The notes under the pieces were generated by a model, which was given only the letters and a program-made list of their open reading frames with translations, was not told the origin of the DNA and did not search any database. The position numbers were made by a program, and so were the translations under genes. Shown piece by piece: positions 28,171 through 39,769 of a stretch of DNA of 64,000 nt. Origin of the DNA: a bacterium (GTDB lineage: Bacteria > Hinthialibacterota > Hinthialibacteria > Hinthialibacterales > Hinthialibacteraceae); assembly GCA_963663405.2 (NCBI GenBank), contig CAXXSM010000022.1:32001-96000 (forward strand), in the 5' to 3' direction. Positions within the stretch are counted from its first letter, which is position 1; each line of letters begins with the position of its first letter.

Positions 28171-29358
28171 ATGATGCAAAACCGTATGCGCTTGTTTCTC
28201 GCTAGCTGCGCCGCCCTTGTCACGACGGGGATGATCCTCATTATCCGGGGCGATATCAGCAGTCAGGTTGAAACCGCCTTTCAACTCACTCACGAACAAT
28301 ATGGCTTCATTTCCTCCATGGCCTTTTATGGTGTCGCCGCTTCCGTGCTGTTCGTTTCTCCTTTATTGGATTTAATGGGGATGCGCAATCTTCTCTATAT
28401 CGCCTTTGTTCTTCACGTTGGCGGAATCATTGGATTTATCACAGCGCCATCGTATACGGTTTTATACCTTTCCATGCTTTTCGCGGGTTTTGGCAATGGA
28501 TTGGTCGAGGTGGTTATTAATCCGCTCTGCACGAGTGTCTACGCGGAAGAAAAGACACGCCGGTTGAATATTCTCCACGCCTGGTGGCCTGGTGGTTTGA
28601 TCATTGGAGGAATTCTTTCGGTGCTAATGGGGAAACTTGGATGGGAATGGCAAACGCAAATGGGGATTGTGCTTATCCCAACATTCGCGTACGGCGCGCT
28701 CATCTTTGGTCAGAAATTTCCCGTCACCGAACGGGTGGAAGCAGGCGTGTCGTACAACGAAATGATCAAAGAAATTCTGCGGCCGGGTTTCCTGCTTCTA
28801 TTGGGTTGCATGATGCTGACCGCCGCGACCGAAGTAGCGCCCAGTCAGTGGGTCGAATCCGTTTTACGAAACACGGCGAACATGTCGGGAACCATGATTT
28901 TTGTGTACGGAAGCGCGATCATGTTTGTCCTGCGTTTCTTCGCCGGTCCCATTGCGAAACGGATTTCCCCGGTCGGTATCTTATGGGTGTCGGTCTTCGT
29001 CAGCGCAATTGGGCTGTATTTGTTAAGCGGTGTTTCATCGATTGGATCGGCGTATCTCATGGCGACGATCTTCTACGCAGGCGTCTGTTTTCTCTGGCCG
29101 ACCATGCTCGCCGTGACCTCCGAACGCTTTCCAAAAGGGGGCGCGCTGCTGCTGGGTTTGATGGTCTTCGCCGGGAATTTCTCGATCGGAACCATCGTAT
29201 ATAAAATGGGGAGTGTGTATGATAACTGGGGCGCCGCCGCCGCGTTCCGGTTCGTCTCGCTCTTCCCCGCCATCCTCTTTTTTGTGTTCGGAGCCTGGTG
29301 GATTAGAGATTACCTCGGCGGCGGCTACCGCGCAGTCAAACTATCCAATGAAGACTAA
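28171..29358 (+). CDS. MFS transporter
   Basis: ~12 TM helices; GFGNGLVE..INPL, LHAWWPGG; start chosen from RBS GGGAGA. Confidence 0.85.
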   Translation: MMQNRMRLFLASCAALVTTGMILIIRGDISSQVETAFQLTHEQYGFISSMAFYGVAASVLFVSPLLDLMGMRNLLYIAFVLHVGGIIGFITAPSYTVLYLSMLFAGFGNGLVEVVINPLCTSVYAEEKTRRLNILHAWWPGGLIIGGILSVLMGKLGWEWQTQMGIVLIPTFAYGALIFGQKFPVTERVEAGVSYNEMIKEILRPGFLLLLGCMMLTAATEVAPSQWVESVLRNTANMSGTMIFVYGSAIMFVLRFFAGPIAKRISPVGILWVSVFVSAIGLYLLSGVSSIGSAYLMATIFYAGVCFLWPTMLAVTSERFPKGGALLLGLMVFAGNFSIGTIVYKMGSVYDNWGAAAAFRFVSLFPAILFFVFGAWWIRDYLGGGYRAVKLSNED

Positions 29359-29465
29359 CATTCCATTCATTCTATACTCATCCATGGAGAATACTGAACA
29401 CATTACTATCACAATTCAAGCATCGTCTTCCATCTTGCCACCTGTCCATTCATCATGGCAAGGAT

Positions 29466-32129
29466 TTACATTTCTTCGAATTCATCTTTATAGGAACCAC
29501 GAGAAGAGGATGCGAATTCCTTTTTCTCTTTCGGACTCCAAGCAGGAAGAGAGTGAACCGGCTCACTGACTTTCACACGAGTAACAGTCTTTTCTTCCAT
29601 TTTGGAAGACAATTCAACTGAACGATCCCCGTCAATCCGAAACTGCGAGAGCAATTCTTGCAGCGAGATCGCTTGGGAAGAGAGTTCTTCACTGGCTGAA
29701 GCGAGTTCCTCCGAGCTCGATGAATTTTCCTGCGTCACCTGATCAAGACGCATAATCGCTTGATTGATTTGACTGGCGCCGGTCGCCTGTTCGGTACAAG
29801 CAAGCGTGATGCCTTCCACAAGCGAGGCGGTTTTTTCGATCTGTAGGACTTGTTCTTGGTTCGATTCCGTCACATTACGTATAGTCTCGGAGACTTGCAT
29901 AATACTCTCCATGATCTTGCCTAGCCCCTTGCCCGATTGGTTCGCAAGGTCGACCCCATCATCGATCTGCCGTACGCTATTAATGATCATCTCGGAGATT
30001 TCACGGGCCGCTTGTTGACTGCGCTCGGCCAGTTTCCGCACCTCCACCGCCACCACGGCGAATCCCTTACCCATATCCCCGGCGCGAGCCGCCTCTATCG
30101 CCGCATTAAGAGCCAACAAGTTGGTTTGATCGGCGATATCGTCGATTACTTTGATAATTTCAGAGATTTTTTTGGAACTATCAGAAATCTCATTCATTGA
30201 ATCCACCATTTTATTCACTGCTTCCTCACCTTCTTTGGCCTGTGTCACAGCTTGTCCGCATATCTCATTGGCTTTTTTCGTCAGGACTAAGGTTTCTTTC
30301 ACTGTAGACGCCGTTCCATCGGCGATTTTGTTCGTCTCTTTAGCGTTTTTGGAGTTCTCTTCGATCGAGGAGGTTAGTTCCTCGATCGACGCCGTTGTTT
30401 CTTCTAGAGAAGCCGCTTGTTCAGTGGCGCAGGACGCTAAGGTCTGCGCCGTCGAAGAGAGTTCTTCCGCACTCGCCGCCACCTGTTCGGTCGCGCTCTG
30501 AATACCACCCATTACATTTCGGAGTTTTAACGCCATCGAATTTACGGAATCAGCCAGATCCCCTGTTTGGTCGACGGATTGAGTCAGATCCCCATCCGAA
30601 ACATTCGCTAACGTTACACCGACTTCCCGGATATTTGTAATCATGGTGTTGAGCGCATTCGCCAACATGCCCATTTCTTCTTTGGTGTCTATATTGATTT
30701 GAACGGACAGATTGCCATCCGCCACTTGCCGGGCCGCGTCAACTCCCAACGCCAATGGTTTTGTGATTGAGCGGGTAATAAATATACCAAGCAGAATTCC
30801 GATTACGACCGCCATGACAATAAATACGACGAAATACAAATTCGCAAATTGGATCGCGCTTTCCATTTTGTTTTTTTGATCCGCCCGGAGAGCATTACAT
30901 TCTTGCTCCAATGATCTAGCCGCATCCACCATCGCATCTTCTTCCACCTTTTTCTGCGCTTCAGCGGTCACCCAAGCGTTAAAGGCTGTTTCATACTGTT
31001 CCACTGAGTTCCGGACTTTGACCAATTGAGACTTATTCGCTTGATCTTGAAATCGGACATTCAGATCGTCACAAAGAGCAAAAATATCTTTTAACTTCGT
31101 TTGGAGTCTATCAATATACTGTTGATCCCCCCGCAGTATGTAGTTCTTTTCTTCCCGCCGAAGTTCCAGCGTAAATTTGATCAGCCGGTTCGCGTCATCG
31201 GCTTTGATCATTCGATCATCGATTTTTTTGCGTCCTTCTTCAATCGCTGTGGCCAGTTTAGTCTTTTGATCAGCGCGCATCGCCACGCATTCATCATTAA
31301 ACGCTCTGGCTTGGTCAACCATTTCTTTTTCCAGGTTTTGTAGGACGACGTCCGTTTGCTCCTCTTTTTTAGCTTTACACCAATCGTCAAAGGCCTTCTT
31401 GTACGCGGCGGCGGCCTGGATCGCCCGTTGCGCCTGTTCTTTATTGACGGTATCGTTAAAGCGATCGATCATCTCCGCAGCCAACGTATTGATCTCTTTA
31501 AATGCGCTTTCCAATTCAATGATATATTTTGTATCGTTTCGCAGCATAAAATTCTTCTCATTGATCCGGCAATCCTGCGCGAGTTTAATGAGCCGGTTGG
31601 CGGCATCCGCCTTCCAGAGACGATCCACCCGCGCGGTTTCTACATCGTTCTGGTTTTGAACCAGTTTGTCCTTTTGGTCTTTGCGCATTTGCTCGCATTC
31701 CTTGATTAATTCCTGCGCATTGGTGAGTAGATCTTGTTCCAACTTTTGCTGTTGTTCGTTCAACCGCATCCAGGAAGCGAAACTCTTTTCGTATTTCTCC
31801 GTCTCCTCCTTCACCTTATCAATCTGGTCAATATTAACCTGATTCTTAAATTTCGCCCGCGTCGTTTCGATCTGGGCGTACATATCCTTGACCAGCTTCG
31901 CTTGTTCTTTTTTCGAGTTTTCATCCTTTCGAAGCATGAAATTTTTCTCTTGCCGCCGGGCCTCCAAGTTGAATTTAATCAACCGGTTTCCATCGTCGGC
32001 CTTGTCCACTCGATCGGCCACATCCGCCAAGCCACTGTACCCCGCATACCCCACAACGATCGCAAAGAAGATCAAGAGACCAAAACCAATACTTATCTTT
32101 TTACTGACCGACAGGTTTTTCCAACTCAT
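29466..32129 (-). CDS. Methyl-accepting chemotaxis protein with triplicated helical sensor
   Basis: TM-sensor-TM-HAMP; [20 protein letters not shown] signature; C-terminal EFEEM. Confidence 0.93.
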   Translation of the reverse strand: MSWKNLSVSKKISIGFGLLIFFAIVVGYAGYSGLADVADRVDKADDGNRLIKFNLEARRQEKNFMLRKDENSKKEQAKLVKDMYAQIETTRAKFKNQVNIDQIDKVKEETEKYEKSFASWMRLNEQQQKLEQDLLTNAQELIKECEQMRKDQKDKLVQNQNDVETARVDRLWKADAANRLIKLAQDCRINEKNFMLRNDTKYIIELESAFKEINTLAAEMIDRFNDTVNKEQAQRAIQAAAAYKKAFDDWCKAKKEEQTDVVLQNLEKEMVDQARAFNDECVAMRADQKTKLATAIEEGRKKIDDRMIKADDANRLIKFTLELRREEKNYILRGDQQYIDRLQTKLKDIFALCDDLNVRFQDQANKSQLVKVRNSVEQYETAFNAWVTAEAQKKVEEDAMVDAARSLEQECNALRADQKNKMESAIQFANLYFVVFIVMAVVIGILLGIFITRSITKPLALGVDAARQVADGNLSVQINIDTKEEMGMLANALNTMITNIREVGVTLANVSDGDLTQSVDQTGDLADSVNSMALKLRNVMGGIQSATEQVAASAEELSSTAQTLASCATEQAASLEETTASIEELTSSIEENSKNAKETNKIADGTASTVKETLVLTKKANEICGQAVTQAKEGEEAVNKMVDSMNEISDSSKKISEIIKVIDDIADQTNLLALNAAIEAARAGDMGKGFAVVAVEVRKLAERSQQAAREISEMIINSVRQIDDGVDLANQSGKGLGKIMESIMQVSETIRNVTESNQEQVLQIEKTASLVEGITLACTEQATGASQINQAIMRLDQVTQENSSSSEELASASEELSSQAISLQELLSQFRIDGDRSVELSSKMEEKTVTRVKVSEPVHSLPAWSPKEKKEFASSSRGSYKDEFEEM

Positions 32130-32182
32130 TTTTTTTCTCCTTTTTTTATTGAATTGATTTATTTTCACGATCAAACTTGCCC

Positions 32183-32911
32183 TCAGAAGCGAAATGTCAA
32201 TCCCGTCATCAACATACTGTCTGAATCCCAGGTATGGTTCTTCAGCCGGTTGGTCTCGATCTGATATCCAAGAGTCCAAGTTATTTCTTCCGTAAATGGG
32301 ACATTGAAACCGATTCCAAACCGATGCCGGTTGAATGTATCCACTGTCGTGTCGAAGTTGACTTCATTTGATAGATAAATCTGGATGGGACGTCCATCAA
32401 TGTCGATGGGAAGAGGATGATTGAAAGCAATCAGTGGACGAATACGTTCAGAAATATCGTCTTTGTCGTGTATATCGCGAACATCAATGCGAAGTCGGAA
32501 TTTGAACGACCATTCCGAATCAAAGATTTTTTTCTTTGAATAGGCCAAGTCAAAATGGTAACGGTCTTCATTCGCCCCAGGTTCGTAATCCACGTGCTGC
32601 CAGACCGGCATGATTGTCCATCCATCTAACCAGGGGATACCGAATCGCAGGCCAATCCGCTGATGAAATTGAAACTGATGGGACGCGTCTTGGTCGAATC
32701 GATTGGCGTTTTCCAGATAGAGAGACGTGCTGTCCGGCAAACCAATGGGGGACAGATCAATCCAAAAGTTTTCCCACGTCCAGATCTCAAAATCATGATC
32801 GGAGCCGGAAACAACCGGCGTAAGATATAGCGGAACCATCACTATAATCCCTATCCACGATCCAAATCGTCCAATGCACACATTCCTAAATAACTTCTTT
32901 TTATTGCGCAT
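32183..32911 (-). CDS. Outer-membrane beta-barrel protein (DUF2490-like)
   Basis: Alternating beta pattern, SNEV.F, RHRFGIG, C-terminal Phe. Confidence 0.7.
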   Translation of the reverse strand: MRNKKKLFRNVCIGRFGSWIGIIVMVPLYLTPVVSGSDHDFEIWTWENFWIDLSPIGLPDSTSLYLENANRFDQDASHQFQFHQRIGLRFGIPWLDGWTIMPVWQHVDYEPGANEDRYHFDLAYSKKKIFDSEWSFKFRLRIDVRDIHDKDDISERIRPLIAFNHPLPIDIDGRPIQIYLSNEVNFDTTVDTFNRHRFGIGFNVPFTEEITWTLGYQIETNRLKNHTWDSDSMLMTGLTFRF

Positions 32912-33260
32912 TACTATTTCCCTCCACAAAGTAAATTTTTCTAACATATATTTACAATTCTATAACAACTATATATCTATACATATATAAAATAAATTTA
33001 CACTTATTATAAATCTTTCACTTTTTCAAGAAATGATCATACTAAAATTTTGGGTAGTGGTGTAGATTAGTCGCAGCCTTTCCTCGTAATTATCTCTTCG
33101 TCATAGAACCATCCAAAATCAATCATATCAAGAGGTTGCGGGTAGTGTGCCTCTTATTTTCGTTCATTAACATGTCAACTATATATGTCGTATAGAAATC
33201 GTATATACGTCGGATATCAATAAAAATAAGAATATATTAATAATAAAACGTCATATATAG

Positions 33261-33289
33261 TTGACACTTTGCGCCTTCATGAGTATAAT
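33261..33289 (+). promoter_or_regulatory. Perfect-consensus sigma70 promoter inside the IS
   Basis: TTGACA-17 bp-TATAAT. Confidence 0.8.
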
Positions 33290-33324
33290 TCCTTATGCTT
33301 GAATCCGCCCATGGGAGTGAACCG

Positions 33325-33786
33325 ATGAACGAAACGAAATCGCAGTTCCTCGCAAAAGAAGGCCTCTTAAATCCAAAGCCGGAGCGAATCTCTTCCCCCC
33401 TGTTCCAAACTCTTGATTTCTTCGATCCCTTCGACCTGCCCCAGGTTCGATATGAGATGCTTCGCGCGGCTCGAAGTGACACGATGTCTGTGGCTGAAGC
33501 CTGCCGCCTCTTTGGGTTCTCCAGGGAGTATTTCTACCGGCTCGAACGGATGTTCATGCAGCGGGGCTACGTGGCTTTACTTGGCTCCTCCATGGGCCGC
33601 CGCCCCCTCCTCGCTCTCAACCAAGAGATTGTCAACTTCATCATTCACCGGAAACTCGAACAACCTCACTTGTCGGGAGAGAACTTGCGGCAAGAAATCT
33701 TACGCCTCTATAAAGTGGATTGTTCACGCCGGACCGTCGAACGGATTGTGGAAAAGACGGGTCTGAGTAAAAAAGGGCTCCGCTGA
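33325..33786 (+). CDS. IS orfA, HTH protein
   Basis: VAEACRLFGFSREYFYRL HTH; RBS GGGAG. Confidence 0.8.
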   Translation: MNETKSQFLAKEGLLNPKPERISSPLFQTLDFFDPFDLPQVRYEMLRAARSDTMSVAEACRLFGFSREYFYRLERMFMQRGYVALLGSSMGRRPLLALNQEIVNFIIHRKLEQPHLSGENLRQEILRLYKVDCSRRTVERIVEKTGLSKKGLR

Positions 33787-33788
33787 CA

Positions 33789-34949
33789 TTGGCCTTGGAA
33801 GTGAACGCGGGAGACTGTCCTCACCAGGTGTTCTTTGAAGACGAGGATCAGGCCCAGGGACTCTATGAGAAAGCGCGTAAGGCCGCCCTTAACCAACGGT
33901 ATCGGATAGACAAGCGTCTCCGGAAAACCCTGACCATCCATGGCGTAGCTGGTTTATTCCTTGATCCCGAACGAATTTTTTTGAGGGCCTCCCCATCCCG
34001 AACGTCTCCACGGAAAAACACCGCGTTGCATCATACGCGTCTTTCGGAAGAACGGTTTGCCACCATTGCCCGATCCCTTGCGGAAGGGGTGGGGATCTCG
34101 CCCACGGCGCGCATTCAAAACGTGAACAAGAAAACCGTTCTCATGGTGTTGGCGAAAGCCGGGGCGCATGCTGTCAAGGTCAACCGCGCTCTCCTCGTGA
34201 AGGCGAACGTCTCTGAATGTCAGCTGGATGAAATGTGGTCTTTCGTCGGGAAAAAGGAGAAAAACCTGGAGCCGTTCGAGAAACTTCAGCGCGTGTTCGG
34301 CGACGCCTGGATTTGGATTGCTTTCGATGCCGTCAACAAGGTCGTTCTCGCGCATGTCATTGGGAAACGAACGTTGCCTTCCGCCGTCGCCCTGGTTGAA
34401 GAGGTGAAACGAGTCACCGTATCCATGCCCGATCTGTTCTCCTCCGATCAACTGGATCATTATGCCAATGCGTTGCTTCAAGTCTATGGAACATGGGTCC
34501 AGCCTTACCGGAAACCGGGACCGGGAAGACCCCCGCATCCTCGACTCGTTCCTCCGAACGATCTGGTGTACGTTCACGTCGTGAAACGCTACAAACAATA
34601 CAAAGTGGTTGAAGTCACACGAAAGGTAATTTTTGGCGATCCGGCAAGAGTGGAAACGATTCTGGCGGCATCCAAAGTCAGCCGGACAATCAACACATCC
34701 TACGTGGAGAGAAATAACGGGATCATTCGTCACATGGATTCACGGTGCGTACGCAAATCGCTCCGATTCTCCAAATCCATGAAAAACCACCACCATCAAC
34801 TCGCGTTGACTCTTGCCTATTACCACTTATGTAAACCACACGGAACATTGACCAAGCGGCATGGAAAATCCACGACTCCCTTCATGGCCGCGAATCTGAC
34901 CGATCACGTCTGGAGCATGGGGGAACTCCTGAGATTCACCAATTTTTGA
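33789..34949 (+). CDS. IS1-family transposase orfB (-1 frame relative to orfA)
   Basis: QLDEMWSFVGKK, WIWIAFD, SDQLDHY, NTSYVERNN, TPFMAANLTDHVWS. Confidence 0.88.
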   Translation: MALEVNAGDCPHQVFFEDEDQAQGLYEKARKAALNQRYRIDKRLRKTLTIHGVAGLFLDPERIFLRASPSRTSPRKNTALHHTRLSEERFATIARSLAEGVGISPTARIQNVNKKTVLMVLAKAGAHAVKVNRALLVKANVSECQLDEMWSFVGKKEKNLEPFEKLQRVFGDAWIWIAFDAVNKVVLAHVIGKRTLPSAVALVEEVKRVTVSMPDLFSSDQLDHYANALLQVYGTWVQPYRKPGPGRPPHPRLVPPNDLVYVHVVKRYKQYKVVEVTRKVIFGDPARVETILAASKVSRTINTSYVERNNGIIRHMDSRCVRKSLRFSKSMKNHHHQLALTLAYYHLCKPHGTLTKRHGKSTTPFMAANLTDHVWSMGELLRFTNF

Positions 34950-34997
34950 CTTGCAATTAATATGGACCACTACCAAATTTTGGCAGTTATGGTTTAT

Positions 34998-35222
34998 TCA
35001 ATCTGCGGTCAAGGTGAGGTCTTCCTGTACACCGACATGGAATACCCGGTCTATTTTATTAAAAAATAACAACCGGTCCTCCAATTTTCCCACCCCCGAA
35101 ATACAGTCCGATTGAAAAGCCAAATTCATTGGAGGAAGCGGCTCGATCCAATCGTTCTCAAAAGCACGAACCTTGCTCATGGAAACCGCTATAAGATCCA
35201 TGAATTGCTTTTGTAATTCCAC
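34998..35222 (-). pseudogene. CheW C-terminal fragment
   Basis: IEPLPP..CISGVGKLEDRLL resembles the CheW C-terminal half; no N-terminal half seen. Confidence 0.6.
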
Positions 35223-35493
35223 GTCGGAAAATTAGTGAATCGCTTTAATTTTTCTAATCGGATGATCTTTCGTAACGGCAAAACAGATATCCCATTTTTC
35301 TCTCATAACAATAAAAAAAAGAATTGAATGAAAGGAGTATATAACAAAAGGAGTTTCACCTCTATCCTCCCGATCTATCTTTTTTTCCTCCATACTCATT
35401 TATCTTAATTTGGAACCGAAGTGGATCAAAGATAATCCCTTCGGCTGCAATGATGCGACAAGCTTATTCAAAGGAGACTAAGTCCCACACAGA

Positions 35494-38400
35494 TCAACCC
35501 ATTTCATGAAATTCACCTTCACTCAGTTTCTTTTTCTTGCCAGGCAATGCAGGAACCGGTTGATGTGTGACGGACTTTGCTTGGATGAATCCCCGCTTTG
35601 ATCCGCTTGGTGTGGATTGCTTACTCCTCCCACGGCCATTATCAAGCTTAAACTGACCCACTAATTCCTGCAAAGAAATCGCCTGCGAGGTGAGTTCTTC
35701 ACTGGCCGACGCGCATTCTTCACTGGTCGCCGAATTCTGCTGCGTGACCGAATCGAGTTGTACGAGTACCGACCGGATTTGATCCGCCCCATTGGCTTGT
35801 TCGACGCTTGATGCGGCGATGTCCTGCACGAGTTGGGATGTCTCCTGAATCGCCGGGACGACTTGTTGAATCAGTTGCCCCGCGTTTTCCGCCTGGCTCA
35901 CGCTGTTCTTCGCCAGTTCGCTGATCTCTTTGGCCGCCTTCTGACTGCGTTCCGCCAGTTTGCGCACTTCCACCGCGACAACGGCGAATCCTTTTCCCAT
36001 CTCACCCGCGCGCGCGGCTTCAATAGCCGCATTCAACGCCAACAAGTTGGTTTGATCGGAAATATCACCGATGATCCCGATCTGTTCTGCGATCTTCTTC
36101 ATCGCTTCAACGGTTTTCAGTACCGCGTTCCCTCCTTCTTCCGCTTCACTGGAGGCTTTCGTAGCGACGGTATTGGCTTTTGAAGCGTTGTCGGAATTTT
36201 GTTGGATGGAACTGGTCAGTTCTTCGATCGAGGCGGAAGTCTCTTCCAAACTCGCCGCCTGCTCCGTCGCCCCATTGGAAAGATTTTGAGAAGACGCGGA
36301 CAATTCCTCCGCGCCGGACGCGACTTGTTCCGACGCCTGGCTGACAGTTAACAAGGTTTGACTTAGGTTCTCCCTCATCTGATTCAACGCTCTTGAAAGA
36401 GAACCAATCTCATCCTTCCGGTTGGTTTCAACATTATGGGTGAAATCCCCCTCCGCGACGATCTCCGCGAACCGGACACCCTCCACCAAGGGAACGGAAA
36501 TACTGTTGGCGATGTAATATGCGATGATGAGAATCAGGACACCGAACGAAAAGGCGATGATCAACGCCCAACCCAAGAGTCCGATTTTCTTTCCATACGT
36601 ATCACGGATGGCAAGGTTGGAGAACGCTTCGGCCTGATCGATTTCCGCTAGGATCGCCCATTTTGTATCTCCCAAAGTAATCGGCGCATAAGCCGAAAGC
36701 ACGGGATTTCCATTGTAATCGATGATGATTTTTTCGCCCGTTTTCCCTGCGATCGCCGCGTTCGATCCTTCTGTGTCCACGTTCCCCAACGCCGGATTTT
36801 TAAATGAAGCGACCACGGTATGATTCACGGGATCGAGGAAAGAATCCGACCGCATCAGCCGATCGCTTCCGACAAGGTACGTCTCTCCCGTCACTCCCAT
36901 ACCGCTGCGTTCCTGCATAATGGAATTGATCGCTTCGAGAGACAGTTGCAGGGCCACAACGAGTTCCACGTTACCATTAATGACCACCGGTTGCGCGATG
37001 AAAGCGGCTGGTTCATTATTGCTTGGCGCGTATGGTTCAAAATCCGCCAACGCGAATTGTTTCGACTGAAGAACCTTCCTTGCAAGTTTCCCAAGTCCAG
37101 AGTCCTTATACTTGCCACTCACCATGTTCGTCTGATAATCGGCTTCTTGCGCGACGGTGTAGAAGACATACCCATCTGGATTCATCAAAAACAGGTCATA
37201 GTAACCATATGCTTTCGTATATTTTTTAAAGAAATACTCTCCACTTGAATCTTTCGGGCAGAAGGCTTCAGCGACATCGATCTCCGCCAAGAGCGCCCAT
37301 ACAAAGTTACCCACACGCACGGGAATCCATGCGGAGAGCACGGGATTGCCATTGTAGTCAATAATCACATCCGCCCCGGTTTTACCAGCAAGAGCGGATT
37401 GAGTCGCCACTGTATCAACTTTCCCTTTCGTGGGATTCTTGAACGAAGCCGTCACCGAATGATTTTCCGGATCGAGATACGAGTCGGAGCGCATCAATCC
37501 ATCCGGTCCCACCAGATACGTCTCACCCGTTTCACCAAGTCCCGCGCGTTCGCTCATGATCGTGATCAGACGATCGATGGGCATTTGAAAAATGGCTACA
37601 CCTACTTTTTCTTCACCATCAAATATTGGAGACGCGATAAAACTGGCCGGCGCTTCATAGGAGGGTTTATATGGCATATAGTCGACTAAAAAAACAGCGT
37701 CTTTGTCCGTGGCGGCATTGGCTTTGCGAAACGCTTCACCGAAATTGGTCTGCGCATAAGGACCATCGATCAGTGAAGTGCTGTAATCCAGTTCTTTGAA
37801 TACAGAATAGACAATATCCCCTGTTTCAGGATCAACAAGGAAGATGTCATAAAACCCAAATTTATCCAAGTAATTCCGGACGACTGGATGGATTTGAGAG
37901 TGCAACTCACTGTACCGGGATCCATCATCGGCGGAATCCAGAAGATGTTTGGATCCAAGTGGATTTCGATTGGCCCGGATGTAACGGTATTGAAGCGCAA
38001 TGGACTCTCGATCGAGCTGTTGGACAATGGATTGCGCTCCCGGTGAATTCCCTTCATTCTGCCGCGCATATTCGCTGCTGAATTCCCCCGTATAATAGGT
38101 TGCAAGCTGCTGTTTCATGCTTTCAATATCTGAATCCATGATTAGATTCTCATTATGGTAATTATTGAAAGCGTCTCGAAACTGCTGAACAGCGTCGACC
38201 ACCATTTTGTCTTCTGAAAAAGTAAGGATCTGATCGTGGATGGTTTGGAAATAGCGTTCCACTGCAGAACGCTTAATTTCCCGTACAGCGGTCAACTTCG
38301 CGAACGCTTCCTCCCGCAGGGTGTTTACAGTTTCCGTCAGAACTTCCATATCCCCCTGACGTTCCCCGAAAAATTTTTCTATCTGCGCTTTTTTTATATC

Positions 38401-38556
38401 TCTCACGCCTTTTAATTGATTAAACGCCTGCGCCTGAATTGTCGCGCTTGAATTACGAAACGAAATCCAAACGGCGATCGCCAAAGGAATAATGCCAACC
38501 ATGAGAAACAAGCTGATTAATTTCGGTTTCATTCGAACATCATTCAAACTTATCAT
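35494..38556 (-). CDS. Methyl-accepting chemotaxis protein with duplicated Cache-type sensor
   Basis: Two copies of [34 protein letters not shown]; MCP signature. Confidence 0.93.
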   Translation of the reverse strand: MISLNDVRMKPKLISLFLMVGIIPLAIAVWISFRNSSATIQAQAFNQLKGVRDIKKAQIEKFFGERQGDMEVLTETVNTLREEAFAKLTAVREIKRSAVERYFQTIHDQILTFSEDKMVVDAVQQFRDAFNNYHNENLIMDSDIESMKQQLATYYTGEFSSEYARQNEGNSPGAQSIVQQLDRESIALQYRYIRANRNPLGSKHLLDSADDGSRYSELHSQIHPVVRNYLDKFGFYDIFLVDPETGDIVYSVFKELDYSTSLIDGPYAQTNFGEAFRKANAATDKDAVFLVDYMPYKPSYEAPASFIASPIFDGEEKVGVAIFQMPIDRLITIMSERAGLGETGETYLVGPDGLMRSDSYLDPENHSVTASFKNPTKGKVDTVATQSALAGKTGADVIIDYNGNPVLSAWIPVRVGNFVWALLAEIDVAEAFCPKDSSGEYFFKKYTKAYGYYDLFLMNPDGYVFYTVAQEADYQTNMVSGKYKDSGLGKLARKVLQSKQFALADFEPYAPSNNEPAAFIAQPVVINGNVELVVALQLSLEAINSIMQERSGMGVTGETYLVGSDRLMRSDSFLDPVNHTVVASFKNPALGNVDTEGSNAAIAGKTGEKIIIDYNGNPVLSAYAPITLGDTKWAILAEIDQAEAFSNLAIRDTYGKKIGLLGWALIIAFSFGVLILIIAYYIANSISVPLVEGVRFAEIVAEGDFTHNVETNRKDEIGSLSRALNQMRENLSQTLLTVSQASEQVASGAEELSASSQNLSNGATEQAASLEETSASIEELTSSIQQNSDNASKANTVATKASSEAEEGGNAVLKTVEAMKKIAEQIGIIGDISDQTNLLALNAAIEAARAGEMGKGFAVVAVEVRKLAERSQKAAKEISELAKNSVSQAENAGQLIQQVVPAIQETSQLVQDIAASSVEQANGADQIRSVLVQLDSVTQQNSATSEECASASEELTSQAISLQELVGQFKLDNGRGRSKQSTPSGSKRGFIQAKSVTHQPVPALPGKKKKLSEGEFHEMG

Positions 38557-39300
38557 AATCCCATATCCCCCTTCATTGTGAAAAATACAGATTTTCTTAA
38601 ATTCTTTTGCGATATACAAAGAACTAATAAGATATGCCGCCTTTTAGAAAGCCTATCCACCCCCTATGGGATTCTACGTTCTATAACTAGTAATATGGAA
38701 ATGACACACTGATGGATTTCCCAAATCTCCTCTTTATCCTAACTCATAATACGTTTCTCCTTTCTTTTTAATCAATCAAACAAATTCCGATAATAAAGCA
38801 GTAAATGAATCGACAATTTATTACACAAAAAAAACCATTACAAAAATACACAATTCTACAACATAAAATTACAAAAAAAATATGAAATCACACTATACAA
38901 CCAACACAACAACATTCATGTAGTTGAAAACGAACTAAAAATTACACCTGATATTATATTAATTGAATAATAAGATCAACAAGAAAATAAAAAAAAAGTA
39001 AGAATGTCAATCGTGATGTAGAACTTGATGATACGGGAGAATGACTAATCCACGCCAAACTCGCCAATTTATTTACGTCTCATTGTGGAAGAACATGGGT
39101 ATAAAAAGCGGGAAATTGCCAATATTTTGGACCGCTCAATAAGAAATCTCTCACAAGAGAAAAAAGGCCCAATAACCAGCCATAGAACTAAAAATAGAAT
39201 GTTACTCAGATCAAGAAAACAATATAAATAATAATTGCTATTATATACCATTTGTAATATGCTTATTATATGTGACTTATTTTCAGGGAGAATATGGCTA

Positions 39301-39576
39301 ATGAGCAATACTTTAAATATTCAGTTGACCAACGAATTACGCCGGTTTGTCGATGAACACTCTAGCGAAGATGATGTCTATTCCACCCCAAGCGAATATA
39401 TCCGCGACCTTATTCGCCGGGATTATGAGAAACGAAAAAAGGAACAAGAACAGGAAATTGCATCTATATTGATGAGCTCCAGGCAAACACCAGTCACTCC
39501 ATTAGAAAACGATTTTTTCTCCAAGGAACGAGATCGCTTAAAAGAACGCACAATCGCTAAAAAGATTAGCGTGTGA
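39301..39576 (+). CDS. ParD-like RHH antitoxin (no intact toxin downstream)
   Basis: LNIQLT.ELRRFVD..YSTPSEYIRDLIRRD. Confidence 0.75.
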   Translation: MSNTLNIQLTNELRRFVDEHSSEDDVYSTPSEYIRDLIRRDYEKRKKEQEQEIASILMSSRQTPVTPLENDFFSKERDRLKERTIAKKISV

Positions 39577-39769
39577 TGGCCAAAATTAACTTGCCGCCCG
39601 GCGCCGGCATTCAAACTCACCTCGATCTGCATTATGTATAAATAAACTGTCTCCCGGTTTACCCTATACAAAACTTCATCTTTAATCTCTTTCGAATCTT
39701 TTTTCTCTATCAATTTTATTGAATTCATATTACGCCACGAAAACAATGACGTGATAGAAAGAAAACACC

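Larger units (their letters stand above)
33053..34974 (+). mobile_element. IS1-family insertion sequence (1922 bp)
   Basis: Imperfect terminal IRs GGTAGTGGT... / ...ACCACTACC; 8-bp target duplication AAATTTTG at 33045-33052 and 34975-34982. Confidence 0.9.
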
